Source: Eremomyces bilateralis CBS 781.70 (lineage: Eukaryota). From it: a stretch of DNA of 64,000 bases. Every line of letters starts with the position of its first letter. Positions within the stretch are counted from its first letter, which is position 1. The DNA lies in assembly GCA_010015585.1 (NCBI GenBank), contig ML975186.1; one strand, given 5' to 3'. The notes beneath the pieces are model-generated. The model was not told the DNA's origin. It was given only the letters and a program-made list of their open reading frames with translations, and did not search any database. Position numbers and translations under genes: made by a program. Shown piece after piece: positions 32,980 to 43,345 of this stretch.

Positions 32980-34887
32980 ATGGCGAGTATTTGGCATCCA
33001 GCCTCTGCAATGGTCCTACTAGCGTTGTACTGCTTGATGTTCGTGGCTCATGCTGATATCCTCCATGAGCGCATCACGCAGGTACCACGTGGATGGGCAC
33101 GAAGCTCCCTCCCTCAGGATGGCGAGACCATTACCCTCCAAATTGGGTTAGCCTTGAACAACCTTGACCAGATGCGAGCTAACCTTATGGCCGTTTCGTC
33201 TCCTTCCGACCGATGCTACGGCCATCACATGGATCGTGAAGCGGTGGACGCCATGGTTAATCCAAAGCCTGAGGCAGGAGAGAAGGTTATGGGATGGCTC
33301 AAGTCCAACGGGATTAAAGACATGTTCAACGACGGGCGGACAGTGCACTTTTCCACCTCCGTTAGAGCAGCCGATCGTTTGCTGAGCACCCGATTCCGGT
33401 ACTTCAAGAGCGATGGGGCTGTTAAGCTTCGCACCATGGACTATTCAGTTCCTGAGGACTTGGAGGAGCATATTGACATTATCCACCCCACCACGTACTT
33501 TGGTCCGATACATCCCGTTCCAATCACGCGGCTCTTGGAATCCGAGCTTGCAGAGGCCAGCAACACACTCAGGTCGTCAATCACCAAGCGTCAAACCACT
33601 GCCCCTTCATGCGGAACGTTTATCACGCCATCCTGCTTGAATGAGTTATACAACGTTCGGAATTACACTGCCCACTCCAATTCTGGATCTCATCTTGGCT
33701 TTGGGTCATTCTTAAATCAAAGCGCTCGTTACGAGGACTTGGTTCGCTATCAAAACCATTTTGGCCTGCCGCACCAGAACTTCACGAAGGTTTTCATCAA
33801 CGACGCGGCAAATAACCAGAGTGCATCCTCGAGAGATCAAACCGAGGCAAATCTTGATGTGCAACAGCTAGTCGGCGTTGGAGGCCCGCTTCCCATTACC
33901 GAGTTTTTGACAGGAGGTGCACCCCCTTTTATTCCGTCATTAGACCTCCCAACCCCAGAGGAAAACACCAATGAGCCTTACGTCCCATACTACGAGTTCC
34001 TCCTCCGCCAACCGAACTCGGCATTGCCACAAGTTATTACCAATTCCTATGGGGAGGCGGAGCAAACCGTCCCTCTTCGATACGCCCACCGGACATGCAA
34101 CCTCATCGGCCTACTCGGTCTTCGTGGTATTACGGTACTTCAGTCGTCAGGCGACACGGGGGTCGGTGCTGCCTGCCAATCCAATGATGGGAAGAAAACA
34201 CCTGAGTTCGTCGGCCAATTCCCCTCGACCTGCCCATGGATTACCGGCGTCGGAGGTACCGAGGGGCTTAATCCTGAGATCGCATGGCGAGATAGCTCAG
34301 GCGGCTTTAGCGACGTGTGGAGTCGTTGGGACGCCCCATATGCCATCAAAGCCGTTTCGAATTACCTGGAGAACGAGGCTAACCAAACAGCTCTCGAGCA
34401 GCAGAGACCGTACTTTAACTATCACGGTCGTGGATTCCCAGATGTATCTGCACATTCCGGGCGGCCATGGTATCTCGTCTTTAGTGGCAACCGCATGTCT
34501 CGAACTGGCGGCGCTAGCGCTGCGTCTCCAGTATTTGCTGCCATCGTTGGGCTTCTCAACGACGCGAGGTTTCGGGCCGATCCTCCCCTTCCAGCGTTGG
34601 GCTTCCTGAACCCGTGGCTGTACTCCGACGGGTACAAGTCCCTCCTCGATGTCACCGAAGGCGGATCGGTTGGATGCACCGGAATCAATCCGCAGTTGGG
34701 AATCTTCTACAACGGGAGTAGCATTATCCCATCCGCTAGTTGGAATGCCACGAAGGGATGGGATCCCGTGACAGGACTCGGTGTGCCGGACTTTCAGAAG
34801 ATGTTGGCAGCAGCGTTGAAATTGAAGAAAGGGAGGGGATGTGGGATAGCGAAGGTCCTGCACGAGGGATCTGCGGAGCGTACGTGA
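32980..34887 (+). CDS. Secreted sedolisin (S53, tripeptidyl-peptidase-like)
   Basis: Signal peptide; pro-domain ending HIDIIHPTTYF; KR site; EANLD, NEPY, SSGD, FPSTCPWITGVGGT, GRGFPDVSA, GGASAASP, LGFLNPWLY, GWDPVTGLGVPDF. Confidence 0.95.
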   Translation: MASIWHPASAMVLLALYCLMFVAHADILHERITQVPRGWARSSLPQDGETITLQIGLALNNLDQMRANLMAVSSPSDRCYGHHMDREAVDAMVNPKPEAGEKVMGWLKSNGIKDMFNDGRTVHFSTSVRAADRLLSTRFRYFKSDGAVKLRTMDYSVPEDLEEHIDIIHPTTYFGPIHPVPITRLLESELAEASNTLRSSITKRQTTAPSCGTFITPSCLNELYNVRNYTAHSNSGSHLGFGSFLNQSARYEDLVRYQNHFGLPHQNFTKVFINDAANNQSASSRDQTEANLDVQQLVGVGGPLPITEFLTGGAPPFIPSLDLPTPEENTNEPYVPYYEFLLRQPNSALPQVITNSYGEAEQTVPLRYAHRTCNLIGLLGLRGITVLQSSGDTGVGAACQSNDGKKTPEFVGQFPSTCPWITGVGGTEGLNPEIAWRDSSGGFSDVWSRWDAPYAIKAVSNYLENEANQTALEQQRPYFNYHGRGFPDVSAHSGRPWYLVFSGNRMSRTGGASAASPVFAAIVGLLNDARFRADPPLPALGFLNPWLYSDGYKSLLDVTEGGSVGCTGINPQLGIFYNGSSIIPSASWNATKGWDPVTGLGVPDFQKMLAAALKLKKGRGCGIAKVLHEGSAERT

Positions 34888-36090
34888 AAGCACAATCGGA
34901 GGTGTCCACAGGGAGGACTTTCGGGAGGAACACTGTGTAGACCAACATCGCAAGATAAATAGGGTCAAACGGTCGCAAGCGACAGCCATTTGAACGCTGC
35001 GAAGCCATACTAGTCGGGCATGCTGTGCTCTGGTGTGCCCAACTGATAACTGTACATTCGTAAATCGCGGAGAAATCTTTCGGGAAGAGGTCAAAAAGAT
35101 TCCAGTTGCCCCTAAACTTTCCTTTAAATACCGCTATCGCGTAGAGTACCGTACAATTGGGTCTTGGGGACCCCAAGCTAAAGACCGCCAAATTCCCCTG
35201 TTTGCTCAAGTGCAGTGAGGTCACTGAAGTCGGCCCATTTATCCTAAGGTCGATCGAACACTAGAGGGAACGATCTGCAAATATGTCATCGGGGACCACC
35301 GAAGCCGGTCGGTATGGTACAACAGAACTCGGAAGATTGGGATTCTGTTGGGTCCTCGACCTTTCTGCCTGAATCGGGATTCCGGGATGATCCATACCTT
35401 ACCTCCTGGTACCATCAAGCACGGCTGATGACATGCATGCATGAGGTACCCTGCCCTTTCAATTTGACCCATGTGGTGTGCTTACGCCTTACACCCACGT
35501 GGGCCGGAGTGAACAGGTACATCCACCACTATTTCTACAGTCCCGGTCCTACTACGGAAGGTACCTTACAGCCTGCTATTAAGTGTGCATTTCTGAGTCC
35601 GCCCTGGTAGACTACAACGACAGACAGGCTGGAGTTATATCTTAAATCGCTCTGGCGCTGGACTCCGCAGGTGGAGTGCCGTGGTTGCGCTCCACAAATA
35701 TCCGCCCCTCAAATGTCAAACTCGTAACTCAGGTTAAGTTGAAAACCACACACCACGAGAGAAAGAGTTTTAGGTCGCGCAATTCCTGATGCTCTCGCCA
35801 TTCGGTTGACGCAACGCGTGAGGTTTATGGAGGACATCCCGAATCGCGGTTTGCCCGACCTGTCAAAAACGTGGACATCCTGGCCAATGCAACGTATTAC
35901 ACAGAAGCCTCGGTCAAGCCCTCCATCTAGAAATACCTCCGATGCGTGAATGGTTGAGTCCTTGAAAGATCTCTGCTTTGCGGATCTAGACTGTGGAGAC
36001 GTGGGTCGAGATGTCAACTTCGACAACCCATTCGTTGCGCTGACATCCGCGTATGATGGGAGCCTTGTGGAATAGGTTCCATGTTCTGCT

Positions 36091-36126
36091 TGACCCTGAC
36101 GACCCTGACGACCCTGACGACCCTGA
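36091..36126. repeat. 9-bp tandem repeat (GACCCTGAC) x4
   Basis: tgaccctgacgaccctgacgaccctgacgaccctga read directly. Confidence 0.9.
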
Positions 36127-36413
36127 TGGCTGGACCTCCTTCTCCGTTCCCACTGGAAGATCGACTTTTTTGGGTAAATCGCCAATGGCTGTCTGCTGTC
36201 AACGTCGCGCCGTTCCGGCTCCAGGCATCGGATGAGGAGGAACGGCAAAAGGCAGGTTGTCGCCATGTTCCTGAGCTGACTCTCTTTTCCTCCATTTCCA
36301 CTGTCCTCGTACTACTGTTTGTGTTTCTGCATTACACTTTCACCATTTACTTTTCGGTACTGTCATTTTCCCTTTACGTCCATTTTCAACCGTACTCGAT
36401 ACAGCTGGAGATC

Positions 36414-37806
36414 ATGAGGTTTCCCCCGCCGGAAGTCCAGGCTTCATGGCCCGAACCGAACTTCGAGAATCCCAAAACTCGAGGGCTGGCTCTGATTGTT
36501 GTCGAACTTACGATCCTACCAGTCGCCTTGATAGTGCTTTCACTGCGGTTCTTCGTGAGGGGCTTCATGCTCCGTCGTCAGATTTCATGGGATGACTGGA
36601 CCATGTTGGCGGCAGCGGTCAGTTTCCACACCTCTTACTGATTTCCAGAGCATAAAAGATCTAATACCTCCATTATTTAGATCTGCGCGATCGGAGTCAC
36701 TATATGCGTTGTTCTAGGTACGAACTATAGAGACATGGAAATAGTGCCGGATGATACTGACTTTGAGACTCAAGCGTCGCAAGCGTATGGATGGGACATC
36801 CATGTATGGGATCTGACCGCGAGTCAAGCAGTCAAAGGCCGACAGGTGAGTGTGGCCGTCATCACTTTAGGGGTCATGACTGCTGACGATCTAGTGAAGG
36901 CGTCCATCGCTGCTCAAACGCTTTTCATACTTGCATCCGGCCTCACGAAAGTCTCTATCCTGTTAAGTTACCTACGGATTGCCCCGAAGGGCTCGCTTTT
37001 TCGGCGCATCACTTACTGCGCCCTCACCGTATGTGCACTCGCAATAGTGATCTTCTTCGTCGTCCTATGGACGCAGTGTTTGTAAGTCGCCTCACTTGAA
37101 TCATCCCCCCTCTTGTCCCCTATACCGGTTGTTCTTGTCTGACCGTCTCGTTAGGCCCATGTCCAGTTACTGGGAACTTCTCGCGCCGCACCGTGACTGC
37201 AAGCCGGAAGGTCCACCCTTGATGATCCAGGCGACGATCACTGTTGTCCTGGACTGCATTATTTACACCATCCCGATGCCGACATTCTACCAACTCAAGC
37301 TTCCTTTGGTGCAAAGGATCGGCCTTATCGTCATCTTCGGCTTCGGAAGCGTTGTCGTCGTGGCCGGAATCATGCGCGAATACTACATCTATTATACCGT
37401 CTACGAAACGTACGATATAACGTGGGAAGGCTTCTCCATGTGGATTTGGACCGCCGTCGAAGTCAATCTTGGGGTTATCTGCGGCAGTGTGCCATCACTG
37501 AAGCCTCTCTTCTTCCGTGATCGATCTAGGAACGCTTCCTCATACGGCCACTCCCACGGAGCATCCGCTAACGTCACGGCGGACCGCCGTCGGACGATGC
37601 GTAAGCCCCACGCTGATGAAGAGATGGATACCCTCACGGGAGGTATCACGGTCAAGCGAGATGTGAGGGTTGACTCTACACGGAAAGTACCGTCTTGGGC
37701 AGAGTCCGCTTTCGAACGGGCGGGCGGGGCATCCTCGATTGCCAGCAGCATCGAGAATAACCAGACACCATGGGATAACCGAATACCCGCCCAAGGACCT
37801 CCTTGA
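36414..37806 (+). CDS. PTH11-like integral membrane protein (fungal rhodopsin-domain GPCR-like, no CFEM)
   Basis: MRFPPPEVQASWPEPNFENP.., SWDDWTMLAA, YGWDIHVWD, TKVSILLSYLRI, IYTIPMP, WIWTAVEVNLGVICGSVPSLKPL across several exons with GT-AG introns. Confidence 0.88.
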
Positions 37807-38658
37807 GGGTCATAAATGGCAAATTCGGTTTTGATTCCCTCCCCTAACTATATCCGATTCGACTTGAATATGGAAACGGATACGACTAGACACGGCGGGT
37901 CCGTTGCCGATACCCCGGATAACCTGGCTCGATTGTTGGAGCTCTCGGTTCCTCCTTGTCATTCGTAGCCTTCCCATTAATCTCCACGGGTACCAGCCGG
38001 TCCACACGACGGCGCGAGATTTTAAAGACTGGGCTTGAACGAGAATCTGGTGTTTGTTCCTCACAGGGGTGTCGAACGAAAGTCCTAGCGACATGACAGA
38101 CCAATCACATCGAAGAAAGGGCCGGCTCGATAACTGCGGCCCCTGTACAGGGTTCTTCCAGCGTCTAAGATGAGTCTCGGCTTGAAGTGTTAATTATTGG
38201 TACGCTGTACATTCACAATATGACCACTGCTGCTGAGTTAGACCGGGCTACCTGATGCCCGGTCCAACAACACCTCCGGTTTTGACCAAGATGTTGGATC
38301 CGGGGCGATTGATTGAAATGGTCAAGACCACTGTACCATTAACTGTATGGTACACCGGGTACCATGGTCAAATCCAGCTCCCACAGTGACTTTGGCACAC
38401 CGTCATCGAAATTGCCCTAAGGAACAGCATCGTATTACCCGCAGCAGGCGACCTCGAACTGGGATCGCTTCAAATTATCCTCTTGAACTCCCAAAAACGT
38501 ATGCAGCTCAGGGTGCTTTGGTTCTATTATCTCAATATCAAGGCCCGCGGCGAATGTTTCCAAGGGAGAGACATCATATCTCAAGATAATATGGAACAGT
38601 CAGACAATGACAGACATAATCAACGTTAGTCTTAGTGCTATCCTCTGCTCAAACATAA

Positions 38659-40285
38659 TAATAAGAATCAATTTAACGTACTATCTGGATCCCTTTCGGG
38701 TCTATGAGCACAGCATTCGATCTGGTCTGTCGTGGGCAAAAGTTTCCCCGTGGCCCAGAGGCTGCGGGCACATAAAATCCCGCCTCCTCCCCTTAGTAGA
38801 GTATTCCAATCATTTTTTATCTTTCCGCATGAGTCGGTCTTTCCGCCTACGCGGAGAGCTTATTCTGGGACGTCGTGGAGGAGCTGGAACGGTTTCCAGT
38901 CCTCTATTACCTCGTTCTCAACTTCCTTGGTCACCCGGTATTGCTCGAGGCCTCCCGCATCGATCAGCCATCTTGCTGCGTAGCGCACCTTGTCCCTGTC
39001 ATGCAATACCCTCTTAAAGTCCGTTGTTCCAGCTCGTTGGAGGAGCGCGATCCTCTGGTCGGTCCGCTGCGGGCAAAACGCAAGGAGATGGTAGAGAGAC
39101 TGTCGGGGGCCACCGCATTCACACGCTGGGTGGATTCCAGGGACACCAATTTTCGCGAGCCATCCTTCAACTCCGACTACCTCAGTCCGTAGTGCCATAA
39201 GCGCCGAGGCCTCGTGTTTCTGGAGGCCATCGAACCGGATGAGGCATTGGGTTTCCCACGGGTCCTTCTATGTCCTTGCCCTCCTTCCTGGTTTGGCCGC
39301 TTCGGCCTGCCATCTCTCCCTCCATTTCGCCCGATACTCATCCTGGATCATCCGGTACGGGCCTTTTCGCTGTTGTGTCTGATATCCCCTAGCTGGTTCG
39401 GGCCGGGGGAACAGAAGTTTTCATACTGGGTCCGGAGAGTACACATTGCGGGTTCAGGTATAGACCGTATACGTCGGGGTCGGCCTCGCGTTCGTCTCGG
39501 GGAGCGGAGGCAGTATCCCAGACTTGCGTTAGGGCTCCCTCAATCTGGGTAGTGACCTTGTGGGAGTTCATCGATGCTGCTCTTTGAGCGGCCCGTTCTT
39601 GGACATAGAGTTCGATTGGGGGAACGTCCGCCTCTCTCTCAAGCGCGGCGATTGGTGTCCGTTTGTAAGCCCCTAGGATCTTTCGAAGGCACTTATTCTG
39701 AACCTTGGCTAGGTCCTTCATTTTGCCCTCAGAGATTGGCTCACCCTGCTGACGGACTCCCCAGATTGGGGCACCGTATGTCATAATGGGCCGTGCAACC
39801 GCTGTATAGAGCAGCCTCGATTTCCGGACGGATGGTCCCCATACCGATGATGTTACCCTCGCCAGGGAGTCGAAGGCCTTAAGTCCCCTCTGTGTTGCCC
39901 AAGGATGTGGTCCTTCCATGAGAGAGAGGGTTCGAGCCAGACTCCCAATACCCGGAGGGACGTAACTAATTCAGCGTGGTGTCCTTGTATCTGGATCGTA
40001 GAACGGAGATTAGCGGAAAGATTGCGTTTCTTGGTAAAGTGGATAATCTGGTACTTATCCGGGGCAAATTTAGCCCCGAACCGTGACGCCCATTCCAGGC
40101 AAGCATCGTGGGCCGCAGTTAGTCGTTGGCAGTTAGCTACTGCCGTGTCTCCCCAGGTGACAAGTGTAGTATCATCAACGAACCCGAACCCGAGCAAGTT
40201 ACCCTGAACATCTTTGAACTGTTGTAGCAGGTCAGATATGAATAGGGTAATCAGCGCGGGTGATAGGATAGAGCCTTGCGGGATC
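38659..40285 (-). mobile_element. 5'-truncated Tad-like non-LTR retrotransposon (LINE)
   Basis: RT motifs GIPQGSILSP, FVDD, LGVWLEPSLSW, RLLYTAVARPIMTYG; C-terminal CECG..HLLAFC zinc knuckle; short (TTA)n tail; 17-bp TSD CCTCTGCTCAAACATAA at 38642-38658 and 40286-40302. Two frameshifts (~39900, ~39490) and a TAG at ~39269. Confidence 0.95.
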
Positions 40286-41068
40286 CCTCTGCTCAAACAT
40301 AAGTGTCAGAAGGAAAGAATGGGCGGTATCAGTTTATAACCCCCGCTATAGTACTATGTAATAACTACCACAAAACGCTCCCATTTGAAAGAAGTCGACT
40401 GTGACTAACGTGTAGTGAATTCTCGGGTGTCCTTCAGCACTATTTGAAATAGACGCTTGAATAGATGAAGGAATAGTTAGTTGTTTCCAGTTAACTGAGG
40501 CCAACCAAGAGCTAGTAGAATACCTTTTGCTAGGCAGTGACTCATCTTCAGATTGACATTCGAGATCCAAGGTGTCGCGTGGCGCGTATCATTACGTATA
40601 CCAGCAAGGTATCGGACTCGGCCGCGGACTTCCTTAATAATGATGAGTTGCAGTCTTCCAAGGGGTTCAGTTTGGCCCCTCAACCCGCCATGTCTATAAC
40701 TATGTTCACCGTCGATGATCGGGTAACGTGCACTCTCAATCAAACATTGGACGACTCACCACAGCTTCTCCTGTAAAGCATATCACTTGATGAGATACTT
40801 GCGCCAAATAGTAGATCTACAGGTTGGGATTTAGAACCGGACATTGAAGTGAATGGTTCGACCAGTTGATTCCCTGGTTAGAGACGTGTGGAAGTGAATT
40901 CACAGCGAGATGTGAATGCTTTGTCCGAGTCAAAGAACAAATGCCATGTGAATTGTCTTCTCTCTATTAAATCAAAGTGTGATCTATGTTGTGCTGCCTG
41001 CAAGGTTGACAAGACACTCATCACTTCATTCAGACGCGACACTCATACCAGCCTGAACACAACGAGGC

Positions 41069-41433
41069 ATGAAAGCCAGAGTGATGTGTTGGTCTCAGGT
41101 CAAGGGCTTCCTTCGACGCCTCCTATCCGGCCATAGCGTCGAAGAGCCGGATTTCATCATGGTCACCCCTCCTACACCTCCGGAGAGCGACGAGCTCGAA
41201 TCAACAGACTCCTATGAGACCGCCCCGGAGTACCATATTCCTGTCAACAGCGCCGCCGGACGACAAGACGGTATGGCTGCACCAATGATCAAGACATTAA
41301 AGTGCTAATCAATCCGCTAGCTCCACCGAGGGTCCCGTCAGGCATCCTAAAAATTCGACATCAGCCAATTCAAGCATACATGATCGAGGACGACGTTTTC
41401 TCACCCACCTATCTCCGCCTGCCTCCTTCCTAA
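41069..41433 (+). CDS. Possible small two-exon orphan gene (~104 aa)
   Basis: ATG 41069; intron 41271-41320 (GTATGG..GCTAAT..TAG) keeps frame to TAA 41431-41433. No recognisable domain. Confidence 0.4.
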
Positions 41434-41662
41434 TCTCCGCCTGCACTTCTACAAGAAATGGATTTGAGGGGCGGGTACGCAAGGGCTGGCGTATTAAAGG
41501 TGCCTGTCTGGATAGGCAATGAGGGGGCGGAACATTCGGTCGATGGTTCTCGTTGTGACTGGGATCCAGACGACGGCAGTAACTCGCGCAACAATTTGGC
41601 TGGATCTTGGCACCATTGGGCGTTCTGGTGTCCTCTTCTGCTGTCTATAATCCTTGTCACGT

Positions 41663-42553
41663 TCAAATGAATTTTAGAATTCTAAGCAGCAGAAATACTA
41701 GCGCTACGGCGACAAATCCGATTGCGCGGTCTATCCAAGCAGACAATACGTCCCGGTCCGGTGTTCGAGGGGTGTGATTCGGTGTTAACGCAGCGGGTGC
41801 GGTCGAATCGATCGATCTTGTTGGACGTGGCGGGGAGTTTGAACTTGACGAAGCCACTGTTGCCACCGGGTCACTCTCCTTCCGCTTCGCCATTCCATCT
41901 TTGTATGCCAGTGCCAGCCCCGGCGGAATGACAGTGTCCGACGTCTCAAGTTTTTCACCTCGCTTCTCCATCGCGCTCACCTCCTCTGCCCACTCCCCCA
42001 TGATTTCCCTATTACATTTCCCGCATGTATCGCATTTCCAGCCCCAACTTTCTTTCGCGAACGTCTCCCGGACCTCGCTGCTGGTCTCAAGCCCGCCAAT
42101 CTGCCCGCGGCTGTCGTCGGCCATGATTGACCGTAGGGCGACTAGCGCCGTCCGCACCCCCCAAGCAGGTAGCCACGTTTCTTCATGATGCCCGGAGATA
42201 CTGAGGCAAATCTCGCGGTTGACCTCGAATCGCCCTGATGGGGTCAGGAAGCGGAAATTGGGGGGTTTGAGCGGATATTGCGGAGGGAGGGAGATGCGGC
42301 CATGGTAGATGCCGGACTCATATGGAGATGATGCCGGGCCTCGTATGGTGAAGTGCCATTCAAAAAGGTTCGAGTCGATGGGATGGGCGGTTAAGGAGGG
42401 ATCCGGCAAGGACGCGAGCTCGGATGCTTCTTTTACTGCTTGGCATGTTAGCGGATTGGTATTCTGGTGGAACATATTTCGGCAAGTCACGGAGAACCTA
42501 CGTAAGCGCCGGATGGTTGGAGTTTTTGAGTTATATGAAGACGTGTTTGCCAT
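41663..42553 (-). CDS. Tail-anchored ubiquitin-conjugating enzyme E2 (Ubc6/UBE2J family)
   Basis: NLFEWHFTIRGP, YESGIYHGRI, YPLKPP, TPSGRFEVNREICLSISGHHEETWLPAW (catalytic Cys), C-terminal TM helix; in-frame 66-nt intron 42501-42436. Confidence 0.92.
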   Translation of the reverse strand: MANTSSYNSKTPTIRRLRRFSVTCRNMFHQNTNPLTCQAVKEASELASLPDPSLTAHPIDSNLFEWHFTIRGPASSPYESGIYHGRISLPPQYPLKPPNFRFLTPSGRFEVNREICLSISGHHEETWLPAWGVRTALVALRSIMADDSRGQIGGLETSSEVRETFAKESWGWKCDTCGKCNREIMGEWAEEVSAMEKRGEKLETSDTVIPPGLALAYKDGMAKRKESDPVATVASSSSNSPPRPTRSIDSTAPAALTPNHTPRTPDRDVLSAWIDRAIGFVAVALVFLLLRILKFI

Positions 42554-42952
42554 TAAAAGTCCGCGACTTGGTGATACGGTAGAAGGGCGAGGCTTGTGGA
42601 ATGGACGTGACGAGTTAGATAAAATTCCAAACCGAGCAACGCTCCAGCGCTAGAAGGTTAAAACGTAATTGGTATAAAAGAGCACCGGTATAGTAGTGTA
42701 TGTATCTAGCATTTGTATCGTGGTATTATCCTGTGGTGATCTGCGCGGGACCGTTGAGCTTGAAGTACTGTACATACTAATTACAACTGATGCGACGTGG
42801 AGCGCGGGGGGTTGGGAGGTTGGGCCGGGAAGGGCAGAGTACATTGTCGATACCGTATTATTTTTAGATCCTGCTGACACTGTTATAGTGGTGCCTTATC
42901 AGGATTATATTACCGTATTAATATCATCTTTTGTCAGCCTATCATATCTATT

Positions 42953-43178
42953 TGTCGCAGGCCAAGGCATGAGCTCTAGGAGTCCAAGGCTACAAACTGC
43001 ATTAATAATCTTGCCGTGACTCTCGTATATCTGTAGGGCCGGGGGACCAGGCATTCAGCTAGAACACACAACTTATAGAACTTACACACAACTTACACAC
43101 AACTTACACAATACAACAACTTCGCTGCTGGAACAACAGCACCTCACTCCCAACCATTTTAGCACATCACGTGCGACA
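42953..43178 (+). mobile_element. Solo LTR (copy A), 226 bp
   Basis: Starts TGTCGCA and ends TGCGACA (7-bp inverted termini, TG..CA); 5-bp TSD CTATT at 42948-42952 and 43179-43183; second copy at ~57409-58005. Confidence 0.88.
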
Positions 43179-43345
43179 CTATTCTATTAGCTGAGGAGTG
43201 GAAGGTTTCCAGTCCAGTGCTACGAAAAGCCACAGGTGCCATTGATGTCATTTTCATCACTATTTCCAGAGTCTTCACGGTATTTTTCTGGTCCTGTGGA
43301 CAAATCTAGATCTAACAGACACTTCATAAGACCGCATTCCATAGT

